64,000 nt of DNA from Octopus vulgaris (GCA_951406725.2 OX597814.1:144088001-144152000); one strand, 5' to 3'. Counted from the first letter of the stretch, positions 1 to 14,071 are shown. Made by a program: numbers and translations. Notes: generated from the letters alone by a model not told the origin.

Positions 1-603
1 ACGAGCAATAGGTGGTTGATCTTTACAACATATCAGTAAGTAAATAATTGTAATTAAATGATGGGCATTTTATTAGGATAAACTATTAATTAGTACTATT
101 AACATAATCTTAAGAACTATTATGATTACTTCAAAACGGCATGGCACTATCATTCTCTCTTTTTCCAGACTTATTGGCGTATTCCGTTATTGTAAATTTT
201 TAATTTTACTTTTTTATTAATAATACATCCTGTTACCCCCAGAAAAAATAACCCACCAATTAATATTTCAAGTTTAGTCATTTACTCAACGTCCTGAAGA
301 GTCGCATATGCAAAATGGTATGATTTAAATATATTAAACCTTTCATCTTTTTCTCGAAGCTCTTCCTCTTTTCCTTTCTTTTCTTTTCTTTTACGCATTT
401 TCTTTCACTCTAATGAAGCTCCATGTTCCAGATCGGATGTGTTACCAAATATGATGAATATCATTTTCAGAACTTTCAATGGTGACACCGTGGAATATTG
501 GAAGCAGAAACAGCTGTTAGATGGGATACAGTCTGTTGGTATTAAATAGTAATAATTGATGTTAGTCAATTGTTGTTGATCAATATTTCTCTATTTTCTG
601 TTT

Positions 604-667
<64 letters not shown>

Positions 668-674
668 CATACGT

Positions 675-900
675 TGTCGGTAAACCCTAATTTGAGCACC
701 ATTTTCATCTACCGTGCTGCTCAGGTAGTAACATCACATGACCTCAGTATTAATTTGCTTGCTCCATCTACGCCGTGTGTGGTGGTCCCTTTCTGGATAT
801 CAACAGGCTGGAGTCGGACCAGAATATCAGAGCCTGCCTGGTGGAACACTGTCACCATCATTGGCTTCAATTTCATTACCACCGTTATTCACAACCGCTT
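675..900 (-). mobile_element. N-terminal fragment of an R4/Dong-like RLE non-LTR retrotransposon ORF
   Basis: Minus frame reads HTRRRWSKQINTEVM*CYYLSSTVDENGAQIRVYRQ, resembling the RRxW..N..VMECYY...RGYRQ N-terminal motif I recall for R4-clade elements; contains a stop. Confidence 0.55.
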
Positions 901-939
901 GTTTTTTCAGTAGTTTGTCTTTTCACTGTCACTAATTTT

Positions 940-1054
940 GGGGTTAGTAGCCCGCGCTCTTAACCACTACGCCATATGGCTGTTGGCAAATGGTGTAGTG
1001 GTTAAGAACGCCGGCTACTAACTCCAAGATTCCGAATTCGATTCCAAGCAGTGA

Positions 1055-1104
<50 letters not shown>
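940..1104. mobile_element. Back-to-back pair of short tRNA-like SINE heads (family D); the plus copy ends in (TAA)n
   Basis: Plus 990-1104 tggtgtagtggttaagaacgccggctactaactccaagattccgaattcgattcc..gacctgaa(taa)n has A/B boxes; 940-975 is the reverse complement of the same head. Confidence 0.7.
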
Positions 1105-1106
<2 letters not shown>

Positions 1107-1337
1107 ATCGAAAAATTGTTGGTTAGCGGTTTGGTGAATAGATCATATACTTCAGGTCTATAAATAGATTCGGCAGATGGTGGGGCGGTCAGCCATTGAG
1201 AGGGAAGAATCCTTGTACCATTCGGGTCAGCAGAGGTCAAATGTGTTTACAGCAACCAGTGACCACTGAGAGTGCTGCCTTGAAAAGAAGCAATGCAACT
1301 AGTTCTAATTGTAAATACTAGTAGAAAAAACAATAAT

Positions 1338-1374
<37 letters not shown>

Positions 1375-1394
1375 CAAATATATATATGTATATG

Positions 1395-1500
<106 letters not shown>

Positions 1501-2361
1501 CACACTTATACACTGATATTCACGTCGTTGAATTTTTGAATTTCTGAATTCAGTTGTGTTGTTGCAATAAAATGTGTTTACGTATTTAGGTAATATATTA
1601 ATGTTTTAAAGTTTTCTTGAGATGTTAGAGAATAATAGTAGGACTTGCAATTAAAAGGATGTTTACATTGTCGAATACTCAGGGGGAGTCAAAAAGAAAA
1701 GAAAACGAGTTGTAGATAGTAAAGACTTAAGATTTACTAAATATGGTCTTTTGTATGACCGCACAGAGAGAAATGGGAAAATTCTTTTTTATTGTTAGTA
1801 GATTTATCTCTGGGCATAGTTCTTTGCGGTGTTTTTAAACTTATGACTTGTTCACTCTGTCTGTGTTAGCTCGAGAAATAAAAAAAATGGTTTTGTTTTT
1901 GTTTTTGCTTCGTTTGTGACACGTGTTTTCATATGCGTGTATGTGTGTCCTGTAAATTTCATGTAGTTGAGTAAACATTGAGATGTATGTTTGGTCCTAT
2001 GGGTATTAAAATGTATATATGATTGTGTAGACATTCGAGTGTGTGTGTAATTACTCAATTTATGTACTTACTGCTTTCCATTTCTATTTTATAATTTGTA
2101 AACTGTCCGGTGTTGATTTCGCGTGTGTGTTTCGCATATGTTTCACTGAGACAGGAGAAGCTGTGCTTTGTATGGATGTAAAATTTCGTTTTCATGATTA
2201 TTTTCGTTAAAAGACCGTTTACTTCAAGTCCTCCACAGGTTCTTTTATCCTATTCCACCGATGTTATTTGATTAGATGTGTTTTTGAATCGAGAGCCCGG
2301 TGTAGCACATCTATGTTGTTATTTAGCGCGGAGCTGAATTGTTGTTATTCAGCGTGGAGCT

Positions 2362-3200
2362 GAATATTATTATTAATACGTCGTACAGTGTCCAGTAGCA
2401 TGATGTTGTTGAGATATTGTGTCTACTGGAGGTGTGTACTGTTTGTCAAGTCACAAGGACCTCAGGCAGTCAGTACTTTACGCAATATGCGTGTAGTTCT
2501 AAGTAATGCCGACTTTTGCAATACACCTAGATTGTAGGGTATTTCTAGAGTTTCCAGATTTTTTTCAGATTGGGTGGTATTGAGCCCAATGCTCCGATGA
2601 CAATAGAAACACTTTATGTTTGACTCTCGTAGTTGCCACATCTTGGCGGTCTCAATTCTCAGGTTTCCATATTTATCAATCTGTTACTTTCATGATAATA
2701 CGTTGATCTCCTGGCACTACCACGTGGATTATAAGACACTCTTGTTTGTCCCTCCTAAATGTTATTATATCTGGCCTTCGGTGCTCTAACACTTTGTCTG
2801 TCTGGAAGTTAAAGTCCCAGAAGATTTTTGCCTTCCTGTTTTTCGTCCATTACCTTTTCTAGTGTATGTTGGTACCAAGTACCCGTTACCTCGCATTTCC
2901 GGCATAATAGCCAGTGAAGGATTTGAACTACCTTGCTATGACTGCGCTTGTACTCTTTTTGCGCAAGACTTTCACAAGTACTAACAATGTGAGTCACGCT
3001 TTCGACCCTCTTCCTGCACATTCTGCAGAGGTTCTTTGCACTTGTGTGATATATATCCTTTTTCACTGAGTTGGTATTCAATGCTTAGTCCTGGGCAGCA
3101 ATGATTAGGCTTTCAGGCTTCTTTTTTAGGTCACCATTGCCGAGCCACTTCAATGATGCTTCCTAATCTTCTATTTGTTAATCTCACGGTGGGCCCGACC
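2362..3200 (-). mobile_element. Degraded 3' part of an R4/Dong-like RLE non-LTR retrotransposon
   Basis: Minus translation shows LIIAAQD..LNTN, a CCHC knuckle CRMCRKRVESVTHIVSTC, WDFNFQTDKVLEHRRPDI and LQKSALLRTTRILRKVL with frameshifts; ends in a short (taa)n. Confidence 0.85.
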
Positions 3201-3379
3201 AAGTAATTCCATGTGGAGTAGGGTTTCTTTTTTCTCGTTGGGCATTCGTTATCGGAATTCATAAGCACTCTCAAGTTCATTTTAGGTAAATCCTTCTGAA
3301 GTTATGTCAAAAAAAATATTAAAATACATGGGCAGTAATCGTTCTCACACCGACAATGCGCTTCTCAATACATTGACCT

Positions 3380-3650
3380 ACTTTTTTGCTGGGAAGGTAA
3401 AACTAGGGATAATTGTCAAATAATTTTCTGTTCCTTTTCTTTTTTTTCATCATTCCCAATATTCCTACAATTACTGGTAATGTATCCACCCTGAGAAACC
3501 ATATTTTCTTTTCAGTTTCAATGAGAAAATCTTTATATTTTCTGATTACAATTGTTACCTTTCTTAGCTTGTATGTTACTCCCTTTAAAAAAAATTCGGG
3601 CAATTTCCTTTGATTAGCTGGCTTTCTACATCCCAAGTAAAAGCACAGCA
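3380..3650 (-). mobile_element. Second RLE endonuclease C-terminal fragment
   Basis: IRKYKDFLIETEKKIWFLRVDTLPVIVGILGMMKK matches the K..KY.DL..E...W....P..VG.LG motif of RLE domains. Confidence 0.7.
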
Positions 3651-4279
3651 TTAACAGATCTCCAGAATTCCGTGTATATCCAAATTCCTATCAAATTTCA
3701 GACATAATTTATTTCCAGTTGTCTTTTAGTACTATACGCATTCGAATAATTGGCAGCTTAAATCTGAGAGCAGAATAAAGCAGGAGATTTGGCATATCAT
3801 TTTATTTTAATATCGTAAATTCCATAATCTTTATAATGTTTACACATGTTTCATTATTCAATGTAGCAATCGTCTGGTGGACTTCTGCATAATCATTTAA
3901 AAACACTATATCTTCTCAAGCAAATAGTACTAAGCACTGATTACCAACAAAGACTGGTAAATAACAATGAATTGAAATTTTATTTACTTCTGAAGACCTG
4001 ACGATTCAAGGTGATTACGCAATGTTCACATAACAATTACCGTGCAACATATTTGCATTCGTCATTGAAATGGATTTAAAAATTGTGTAATTTATATTGC
4101 AATAAAAACAAACTGAATATACTGTTTTATTCTGCACTTGCACATATATGTATGTGTACGTGTGTGTGTGCGTGTGTGTATGTGTGTATGAAAATATCTA
4201 TATTTGTGTATGTATGCATGCATGTATGTGTGTGTGTTTAGATAGATATGTATATAATGCATATCTATCTACACACATA

Positions 4280-4327
<48 letters not shown>

Positions 4328-4829
4328 TACACATGTATATGTATGATGTTTGTTTGTGTGTATCGCTCCATAAATCAGAAACTGTTATAACAACCAGCAA
4401 CGTTCTATACCATGAATCTCTGATTCTCTCCTTTCATCTCTTTCTTTCTTTCCTTCTTTTTTCTTTCTTTCCTTTTCTCTCTCTCTCTCCTTCTCTCTCT
4501 CTCTCTCTCTCTCTCTCCTCTCTCACACACACACTCCCGCGCGCATTCACATGAAGGGTCCTTTCATCCGAGTGTCAATTTACGTAGCTGATAATTATTC
4601 TAAGCATGGCGTTTGCTTGAGTTGGTGAAATCCCTAAATCAAGCGTAGCTGGGTGATGATTCACTGGAAAATATATAACTCTCCATTGGTGTTGTTTGAA
4701 TAAAATTGATAGAAGTTTATTGTGGTGGCGGTGTATGAGACCGCATATGTGTATACACGTACATTGTGTACATTGTACTGTGCGAGTATGTCCTCATACA
4801 TACATTATTTGTGTACGTTTATGTATGTG

Positions 4830-4941
<112 letters not shown>

Positions 4942-5299
4942 TATAAAAGAATATTATGCAAGTCTTCGTCAATATGCTAATACGTTTGTCAATGTATGCG
5001 CGCGCGTGTAAAGTTTTAAGTTACACGTCTAATGATATATTATGTATGCATGCATATATGCGTGTATGTATGTATGTATGTATGTATGTATGTATGTATG
5101 TATGTATGTATGTATGTATGTATGTATGTATATATGTATGTATGTATGTAGGCATGCATGTATGCATGTGTGTATGTAAATATTTGTTCGTTTTCTTCGT
5201 AATGCACATGTATATGTCCAGAAGAGAAAGCGAGGGAGAGAGAGAGTACTCCGGCATCTGCATATGAATGCAAGACTACTTAATGTGCTTGTGTACATA

Positions 5300-5349
5300 T
5301 TAGTGAACCTTTCTCTTCATATATATATATATATATGTGTGTGTGTGTA

Positions 5350-5405
<56 letters not shown>

Positions 5406-5539
5406 CATATATATATATATATGTTTATAAATATATATATATATATATCCGCATGTAGGTGTGCATGTGTGCGATTTGTATGTGTGTGTGTATGAATATA
5501 TATGTATGTATATATATATATGTATATATATATATATGT

Positions 5540-5615
<76 letters not shown>

Positions 5616-5628
5616 GTATGTATGTATG

Positions 5629-5685
<57 letters not shown>

Positions 5686-5790
5686 GAATATATATATATA
5701 TATATATATATGAATATATATAAATATCTGCATGTAGATCTGTATGTGTGAGTGTGTGCGAGTTTTATGTGTGTGTGTGTGTGTGTGGAT
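5300..5790. repeat. Compound (TA)n/(TG)n/(TATG)n microsatellite block
   Basis: Direct inspection. Confidence 0.95.
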
Positions 5791-6628
5791 TCTGTGAGGG
5801 TGTCTGCTAGTACGCACTTGCTTTATCTGTACAAATGAGAAGGCGAACAATTCGATGTAGACAGAGGAAAGAGAGAAAAGAGGGAGAGCGTGAATGTGTC
5901 AGACAAAAGAATGGTGTGAAATATCAGATTTTGGAAGAGAGAGAGAGAGAGAGGGGGGAGAGGGAGAGAGAGAGACAGACAGAGAGACAGAGAGACAGAC
6001 AGACAGACAGACAGATACATACACTCACACACACAGAGAAAGAGAAAACGAGATAGGCTACCAGTATGTGAACTTCTGTTTGATAGAAGGAATTTTAAAA
6101 TATACTGAAACAATCTGGTAGGGATGGTAATGATGAGGATGATGATGATGTTGATAATGAGATCCTATGGTTATCGACGAAGAACATCACGACCAGCCAA
6201 TGGGCAGCCGATCTGAAAACACAAAAAAAGGAAGACAGAACCAATGAAAGATCCTCTATGTGATAGCTCTAACTGCTAGGAATAGAAGCCAAATTCGTTG
6301 AACTCATAGCTCCTTGGTCGACAATGTAGTCTGAGACATTACTATGGGAAACAGTGGGATGACCGCAATTAGAATATCAAAAACGTATTTGGTAACATGT
6401 CTGTTTCGACAGAAAATGATGACATAAAATACTCATAAAACAATATACATCTATCGATTACATTTATTGCATTGATCTGTCCAGTCTCCTAACTCAAGAG
6501 TTAGAATCCGTTCCTTGTAACTAGACCCATGATCGAGAATTTGGGGCCTCGTGTGCAGCCTTCGTCTTCTTCTGTCCAAAATGGGTTTTAACTCTATATT
6601 TATACGCTATTATTTACAGCTTTGTAAA

Positions 6629-6800
6629 GGCGGCGAACTGGCAGAATCGTTAGCACGCCGGTATTTCGTCTGTCGCTACGTTCCGAGTTCAAATTCCGTC
6701 TACTTTGCTTTTCATCCTTTCGGTGTCGATGAAACAAGTACCACTCATGTGATAAGCCCCCTTCCCCAAATTTCAGGCCTTGCACTTATAGTTGAAAGTA
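6629..6800 (+). mobile_element. tRNA-derived SINE family A, degenerate copy
   Basis: ggcggcgaactggcagaatcgttagc head, gagttcaaattcc B box, ttgcttttcatcctttcggtgtcgat core. Confidence 0.85.
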
Positions 6801-6884
6801 TTATTATTTGTAGCTTTATCTGCATCGAGTTTCACATTTTTGACAAATAATTAAGACAACACAAATATGTGAGTGTGTATACAA

Positions 6885-7205
6885 GTGCGGTAAGATGTTT
6901 GTTTCCTAACTACGTGGTTACGGGTAAGTGTTTTTACTATAAACTCGGGCCGACCAAAGCCATGCGAGTGAATTTTGAAGACGGAAACTGAAAGAAGCCC
7001 GTCATATATAGATATATGTGTGTGTGTGTTTGTGTTTATATCTATATGTGTGCGTCTTTGTGTCGTTGTTTGTCCTCCTACCACCGCTTGACAAGTATCA
7101 GGCTTTAAAATGACTACTAGGGACCATACATTCGACTACAAATTCTTCAAGGTGGCACTCCAGCATGGCCGCAGTCTAATGACTGAGACAAGTAAAAGAT
7201 AAAAG
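6885..7205 (+). mobile_element. SINE family B, degenerate copy
   Basis: gacggaaactgaaagaagcccgtc and ctccagcatggccgcagtctaatgactgagacaagtaaaag shared with other family B copies. Confidence 0.8.
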
Positions 7206-7284
7206 GAGTATACATACATACATACATACATACATTCATTCATTCATTCATTCATTCATTCATTCATACATAGCAATGGCAATG

Positions 7285-7829
7285 TTATAAGGATTTGGGA
7301 TAGAGAGGAGAGACTGTGTACAGTTGTGGAAACTAACTGCCCAGCAGATGTTAGCATAATGCTGAAGATCAGTGAAAAAAGAGACTACCTACTTGGAACT
7401 ATTGAGAAATCTGCAGTTACTCTCTATCCAGATTACAAATTCAGGCTTATACCTGTAATTACTGGGGCACTAGGATATGTAACACATTGCCCAAATACCA
7501 GTCTTGAGAAATTAGGTTTCACCAAACCGGAAAGGACAAAGCTGATTCGAAGACTACAGATCCAATCCATCACTGGAACTATAAAAATCTGTAAAAGTTA
7601 CCAGAATTTCATCGTTTAAGTATATATGAGCATGTCTAGATATGAAAGTATATGCATGAGAAGACATACATAAACAAAACATACAAATCTACACGTATGC
7701 GTGCGTGTGTACACACATACATACATACATACATACATACATACATACATACATACATACATACATACATACATACATACATACATACATACATACATAC
7801 ATACATACATACATACATACATACATACA

Positions 7830-7863
<34 letters not shown>

Positions 7864-7976
7864 CATACATACATGCATACATACATACCCTGTTGATGTT
7901 AAAATTCCAATGAAGGTGCCTTAGAAACTGGCTCTTTCTCTATTGGCAAGAAATCTTGAAATAAAACTGAATAATG
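7285..7976 (+). mobile_element. 3' end of an RLE non-LTR retrotransposon with (CATA)n expanded inside its 3' UTR
   Basis: VVETNCPAD..EK..Y..IPVITGALG RLE motif, stop at 7617-7619, then a 3' UTR that recurs at 21771-22020. Confidence 0.8.
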
Positions 7977-8019
7977 ACATATATACGAATATATGCATGT
8001 CTGTTTCTCTTTGAGCTTT

Positions 8020-8290
8020 ATTTAAGTTTTTCTCAACAGAGTAGAAGCCGGTCTCCAACAAAGAGACAAAACTTCCTGAATCAAGAAAGTTCCCGGTGCT
8101 TTTGAATAAGGAGCTGAGCTTGTGTGTCGGTTGAGCTGTGGATGTAGACACTCAAGTGTTTGTATTTATTCACCTGATGAATCTCAGATGGAGAATCTTT
8201 GGAATGTGATACAAATCCTCACTGTGCCACTAAAAGATTGGATTTGGAGAAACCGTGTCAGTTTCTTTTGTGCTTTCTTCGAAAAACTTA
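8020..8290 (+). mobile_element. Penelope-like 3' end with a decayed hammerhead
   Basis: ttgaataagg-agctgagcttgtg...tgtagacac reads LNK(R)AELV..CRH, like the Penelope GIY-YIG C-terminus, followed by CTGATGA (8174) and GAAACCGTGTC (8249-8259). Confidence 0.55.
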
Positions 8291-9156
8291 GTATATCTCC
8301 GCTTTTGTGCAAATATGTATGTTTGTATACATTTATATATTTATGTATGTATGCATGTTTATATGCTTGTATGTATGTATGTATGTATGTATGTATGTAT
8401 GTATGTATGTATGTATGTATGTATGTATGTATGTATGTATGTTTGTATATATGTATGTATATGAATGCATGTATGAATGCATATTTGTATGCACGCCTGT
8501 ATTTATGTATGTATGTTTATATGTATGAATGTATGTATTAATGCATGTATGTATGTTTGTATGTATGTCTGCATGCATACTTACCCTCACTTTAATACTG
8601 AACTCAACACCAATGGTCAGCTGCTTTGGCAAAAATTTATTAGAAATTTTGGTTTTCTATTTAAATATCGGGACAAGATTGTTATAAGCTTTCCCAAGAC
8701 CCAGCAAATAGCATATGGTATAATTAGGTGGAAAAGCTGTTAGTGAAATAGCTTAAGTCTACATTGAAGATACTAATTCATAAAATTCAAATCCTTCTGT
8801 ATTATATGTTAAATCCTGCTATTTATTAAATATATTAATTTTCTATTTGAATCTTCATAATTACTGGTATTAATCCCTAATTGATATTCCTAATTGAGTT
8901 TAGAGTAAGAAGAAAAGAAGGTTGATTACGAACGTGATGATCTTAAAAATATAAGCAACCAAATGGAATGTTAATATATACTGAAGTAAAAAAGAACGCC
9001 TATGGCTTGTTGGCATATTGCATAAATTTGGATTTAATTTAAAGGGTATAAAAGCAGCCTGAAAAAACAAAAAAAAAACAAATAAGTGCGATAGTATTCG
9101 ACGTTCACCTCTCACAGAATTCCACACTTGGCCTCATGATCTCCCAGAAATAGCCG

Positions 9157-9227
<71 letters not shown>

Positions 9228-9730
9228 CACGCACGCACACACACACACACACACGCACGCACGCACACACACACACACATATGCTAGGCTCCGGTGATCT
9301 CTCCATGCGTCTCACACTGGGACACTTCATCTGTAATTACGTTGTTTATTTGGGGATTTGCTCAGTTATTGGCATCCCTGGAAACGTGACCAACCACTTC
9401 TTTGGCAACACAGTGGGATAAACTACTCAAACCACACCTAATATATGTATGTATATATATATATATATGCATGCATTTATGCATGTATGTATTTATGTCA
9501 TATCTTAAATGACATACATACATGTTTATATGACATATTTGATCGAAGGTTAACAAAGACTTGAAGGCGTGTGACTTAGTTATTAGTATTACCGTAGCTT
9601 CAGTTCTAAGACATTGTTGCTAGATATGTCATCGTATAAAACAATTCTTACGTCGTTCCAGTCTACTCTTCTGCAATGAATACCAGACGGGTGCCGGTAC
9701 AGCACTATAATATTATGAATGTTACGCAAA

Positions 9731-10158
9731 GCGGCGAGCTGGCAGGAATGTTAGCACGCCGGGCGAAATGCTTAACGGTATTTCGTCTGTCTTTACGTTC
9801 TGAGTTCAAATTCCGTCGATATCGACTTTGCCTTTCATCCTTTCGGGGTCGATAAATTAAGTACCAGTTGCGTACTGGGATCGAACTAATCGACTGGACA
9901 CCTTCCCCAAAATTTCGGGCCTTGTGCCTAAAGTAGAAAAGAATATTAATTTCACTTAAGGCGGCGAGCTGGCCGAGCGAAATGCACGCCGGGCGAAATG
10001 CTTAGCAGTATTTTGCCTGCCTTTACGTTCTGAATTCAAAATCCGCCGAAGTCGACTTTGCTTTTCATCCTTTTGTGGTCGATAAATTAAATACCAGTTG
10101 TGTACTGCAGTCGAATTAATCGACTGGACTCCTCCCCCTTGTGCCTAGAAAGAAAATA
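9731..10158 (+). mobile_element. Two tandem SINE family A copies (9731-9944, 9960-10158)
   Basis: Both have the A-box head, B box, tcatcct core and gtgccta..agaaa tail. They appear to interrupt an older SINE (~9580-10330). Confidence 0.9.
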
Positions 10159-10946
10159 TTATGAATGTTCCGTACGATGAAGATTGTGGGATGCCGAGAT
10201 AATGCTTATGCTTGCTTACGACTATACAGGCGTCTAAAACAATTAGCAAAAGTATGGTACATGATAGCCGGCATAGTCTCTCGTGTGTGATAGCTGGCTG
10301 TACTATACTTAACAAAAAGTCATCGAATGACAGCCTTAATTAAAGCATGTTTGCACGTTGTTGCTGTTGTTATTTAACCTCAGCTCAGTTCTGATCCAAG
10401 AACATTCCAGACGTAAACATCCTGGCTTCTAAAAAGTACTTGGAACTGCATTAACTAACGTACCTTTTGCATTAGTTTTAAAGATAGCGAAGCAATGATT
10501 TTATTGCAATTTGGCTGTTCTTTCTAGCGACGTCATAGATGGTTATCACTTGTCTCTAACTATAATGTATTTTACAGAACTAGTAAACCTTTCATACCAA
10601 AAAGAAAATTGTGCTACTGTGATATTATATATTGAAGCCTACTTACATAAGATCTCGTTTTTCCTCTACCTCATATGTCTATGGCATTTCGCTTTTCTTA
10701 TGCACAAATTTCTCCTGAATTCTGTTTTGAATAAATTTTAGCAGGAATTTCAAGGACATAATTCAGTCTATTTTGCATGCATATTATTTATCGTACATGT
10801 AAAATTAATTACTATATAAAAGAAACAAATTAAACTTGCTCAGTATGTTTTATTAAATATGAAATTTTAATTTTTCTTACAATCTATATACCATATTATA
10901 CATGTATGTGTATGTATGTGCATACATGCATACATACATACATACA

Positions 10947-10988
<42 letters not shown>

Positions 10989-10999
10989 CATACATACAT

Positions 11000-11033
<34 letters not shown>

Positions 11034-11070
11034 CTACATACACGCATATATATATATACATATATACACA

Positions 11071-11425
11071 GGCGCAGGAGTGGCTGTGTGGTAAGTAGCT
11101 TGCTAACCAACCACATGGTTCCGGGTTCAGTCCCACTGCGTGGCACCTTGGGCAAGTGTCTTCTGCTATAGCCCCGGGCCGACCAATGCCTTGTGAGTGG
11201 ATTTGGTAGACGGAAACTGAAAGAAGCCTGTCGTATATATGTATATATATATGTGTGCTTGACAACCGATGCTGGTGTGTTTACGTCCCCGTCACTTAGC
11301 GGTTCGGCAAAAGAGACCGATAGAATAAGTACTGGGCTTACAAAGAATAAGTCCCGGGGTCGAGTTGCTCGACTAAAGGCGGTGCTCCAGCATGGCCACA
11401 GTCAAATGACTGAAACAAGTAAAAG
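11071..11425 (+). mobile_element. SINE family B (tRNA head plus CORE-like segment), near full length
   Basis: ggcgcaggagtggctgtgtggtaag A box, gggttcagtccc B box, CORE-like caccttgggcaagtgtctt, tail gactgaaacaagtaaaag. Confidence 0.9.
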
Positions 11426-11523
11426 TGAAATACATGCACATATATACATTCATATAAATATGTACATATGTAGATCTATATATTATATATAAATGTCTGT
11501 ATTATATACACACTCTCACACAC

Positions 11524-11574
<51 letters not shown>

Positions 11575-11612
11575 TAAATATGTGTGCATGCATTTAAATA
11601 TATATATATATA

Positions 11613-12494
11613 CAGGGTGTCCCAAAAGTTACTGATGGGTTTCAGTTTTTAATAACTTCCTTAACTTTACAAATAAATGCATGAAATTTTCATACAATAT
11701 AAAGGACATAATGGAAATTAATATGCATAAGTCAAATTTTGCAACACCACTGTACCACATATGAAAAATGACATTGCTTAAATGGCAGCCATTTTCAGCT
11801 TCGAACGCCCGTGGTCTTTGCAAAACTTGCACCATAGCACTCTAGAATTTCAGACCCCAATTCTCTGATTTTTCTATTGATGTTCACCTTCAGCTGCCTC
11901 AGGGTCTCCAGTTTGTTGACGTAAACCCTCTCTTTCAGGTATCCCTACAAGAAAAAATCCGGGCTAGTCAAGTCTGGGGAACATGAAGGCCAATTTGACA
12001 TTGCCGTGGCAGGAGATTATTCTCTCTCCTAAGTGCTGCCATAGCAACTGCATTGTTTCCTTTCCGATATGAGCAGTTACCCTATCTTGCTGGAACCATG
12101 TGTGATGTCTACTTTGAATGGACAGGCGCCAAGAGGTTTCAGTCATGGATATCTGAAAGAGAAGGTTTACATCAACAAACCGGAAACCCTGGTGCAACCG
12201 AAGGAGAACATATGAGAAAAATCAGAGAAGTGAGGTATGAAACTCTTGAAGGTATTATGGTGCAAGTTTTGGAAAGAGCACAGGCGTGCGCAGCCGAAAA
12301 TCGCTGCCATTTAAGCGATGTCATTTTTCATATGTGATGTAGTGGTGTTGCAAAATTTGACTTCCGCATATTAATTTCCATTATGTCCATTATATCAAAA
12401 TATAAAGGACATAATCAAAATATCATGCATTTATTTGTAAAGTTAAGGAAGTTATTAAAAATTGAAACCCATCAGTGACTTTCGGGACATCCTG
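11613..12494. mobile_element. Non-autonomous Tc1/mariner derivative with ~340-bp inverted arms
   Basis: TA|cagggtgtcccaaaagt...actttcgggacatcctg|TA; minus-strand remnant WFQQDRVTAH..ERIIS..PRL and GYLKE.VY.NK in both arms. Confidence 0.9.
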
Positions 12495-12497
12495 TAC

Positions 12498-12595
<98 letters not shown>

Positions 12596-12598
12596 ATA

Positions 12599-12794
12599 CA
12601 GTAATCCCTCGTATATCACAGTTCACCGATCGCGGTTTATTATTTAAGCTTATGTCAATTCCTTCGTGGTTTAGTTTTGCATTTATAATAAAATAAATAT
12701 ATACAAATTATAAATAATAATAATAATAAAATATATACAGTACAGAACTGTTTCTATTTCGCGGATTTTCACCTATCGCGGTATGTTTTGGAGC

Positions 12795-12850
<56 letters not shown>

Positions 12851-12863
12851 ACAGGGATTACTG
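12599..12863. mobile_element. pogo/Tigger-type MITE interrupted by (TA)n
   Basis: TA|cagtaatccct...agggattactg|TA terminal inverted repeats; internal tcgcgg motifs. Confidence 0.65.
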
Positions 12864-13136
12864 TATATATATTCTCTAAGTAACGACTTGATTGGAACTA
12901 TTAAACAAATCAACCACTTCTGAGCATTTGTGAGTGTTAGGAACTCAGGGAAATTCATTCAGCAAACATCATTTAATCGGTTAGCTCGAATCATCGATGT
13001 CATACTGTTTTGTTCTGCGAATTATATCAAAAGTGTAGATATCTGCTGAATGCAGTCATTTACTAATTAACCCAGGAGTAGGTAATTCAGTTGATCGCAC
13101 AACAGAATACTCATCGTCGAACGACGGAGATATCTG

Positions 13137-13219
<83 letters not shown>

Positions 13220-13220
13220 G

Positions 13221-13253
<33 letters not shown>

Positions 13254-13409
13254 TTTGTCTAGTGAATGTTTTAAAGAAAGATGGGTGAATGTAGCAAGGA
13301 TGGCACGTATGAATGACGAAGCCACCTTGACTATGATTCTATGAACCGTAAAAATTAATACAGAGAGTTGCTTATTTGCAAAAAAGCAAAAAAGCAAAAA
13401 AGCAAAAAA

Positions 13410-13740
13410 TGTGACTTCATTGACCGAGGTTACCGTGGTCTTTTCCGTAGGCTTTTCTTTCCACGGGTAAACCTCACCTGTCCTCCCCTTTACACTTCAT
13501 ATTGACATTTCTGTGATTACGTTCCCTATTGATCAACCTTTTTTTTCTCCCCTTTTCTTTTTTTTCCCTCTCCCCCTCTTTTTTAAAAAAATCCTCCCCT
13601 TTTTTGTCCTCCTTCTTTCCTTTTACGATCCCTTTTGATCAAAAACCAACCCTCTCTTTTTTACCCCCAAAAGAAAAGCTCTACCTTGTAATTTCTTCTG
13701 TCTGTGTGCAGCCTGTGTGGCTAATAAAGGAACATATCTA
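13410..13740 (+). mobile_element. Probable LINE 3' UTR remnant
   Basis: Pyrimidine-rich tract ending ...ctgtgtggctaataaag; assignment from recalled similarity only. Confidence 0.3.
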
Positions 13741-14071
13741 TTTCGCGAACACAGATTCTAGGGAGATTTGTTTGCTCTTTCTAGTAACCACATACATGGC
13801 CCCCACTGACAAGAATGTGTTTTACAGCACTACTACAAGGTGGAGCATAAAGAGATCCCACATTTGGCGTGGGCACTGTGCGTGCTTTAGTAGCACTCTT
13901 TCTTTCTGTCTGTCACCGTCTCTCTCTCTCTCTCTCTCTCTCTTTCGCTTCTAAAATCTGATATTTTACATCATTCTCTGTCTGGCACATTCACATTCTT
14001 CCCTCTTTTCTCTCCTTCCTATGTCTACACTGAATTACTCGCTTTCTCATTTTTTCAAATAAAGCAAGCGC

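Noticed and set aside
290-325. CTGAAGA hammerhead-like start (also ~3990, ~30956, ~61625)
   Set aside because: Missing GAAA or no stem I/II; compatible with chance or heavy decay.
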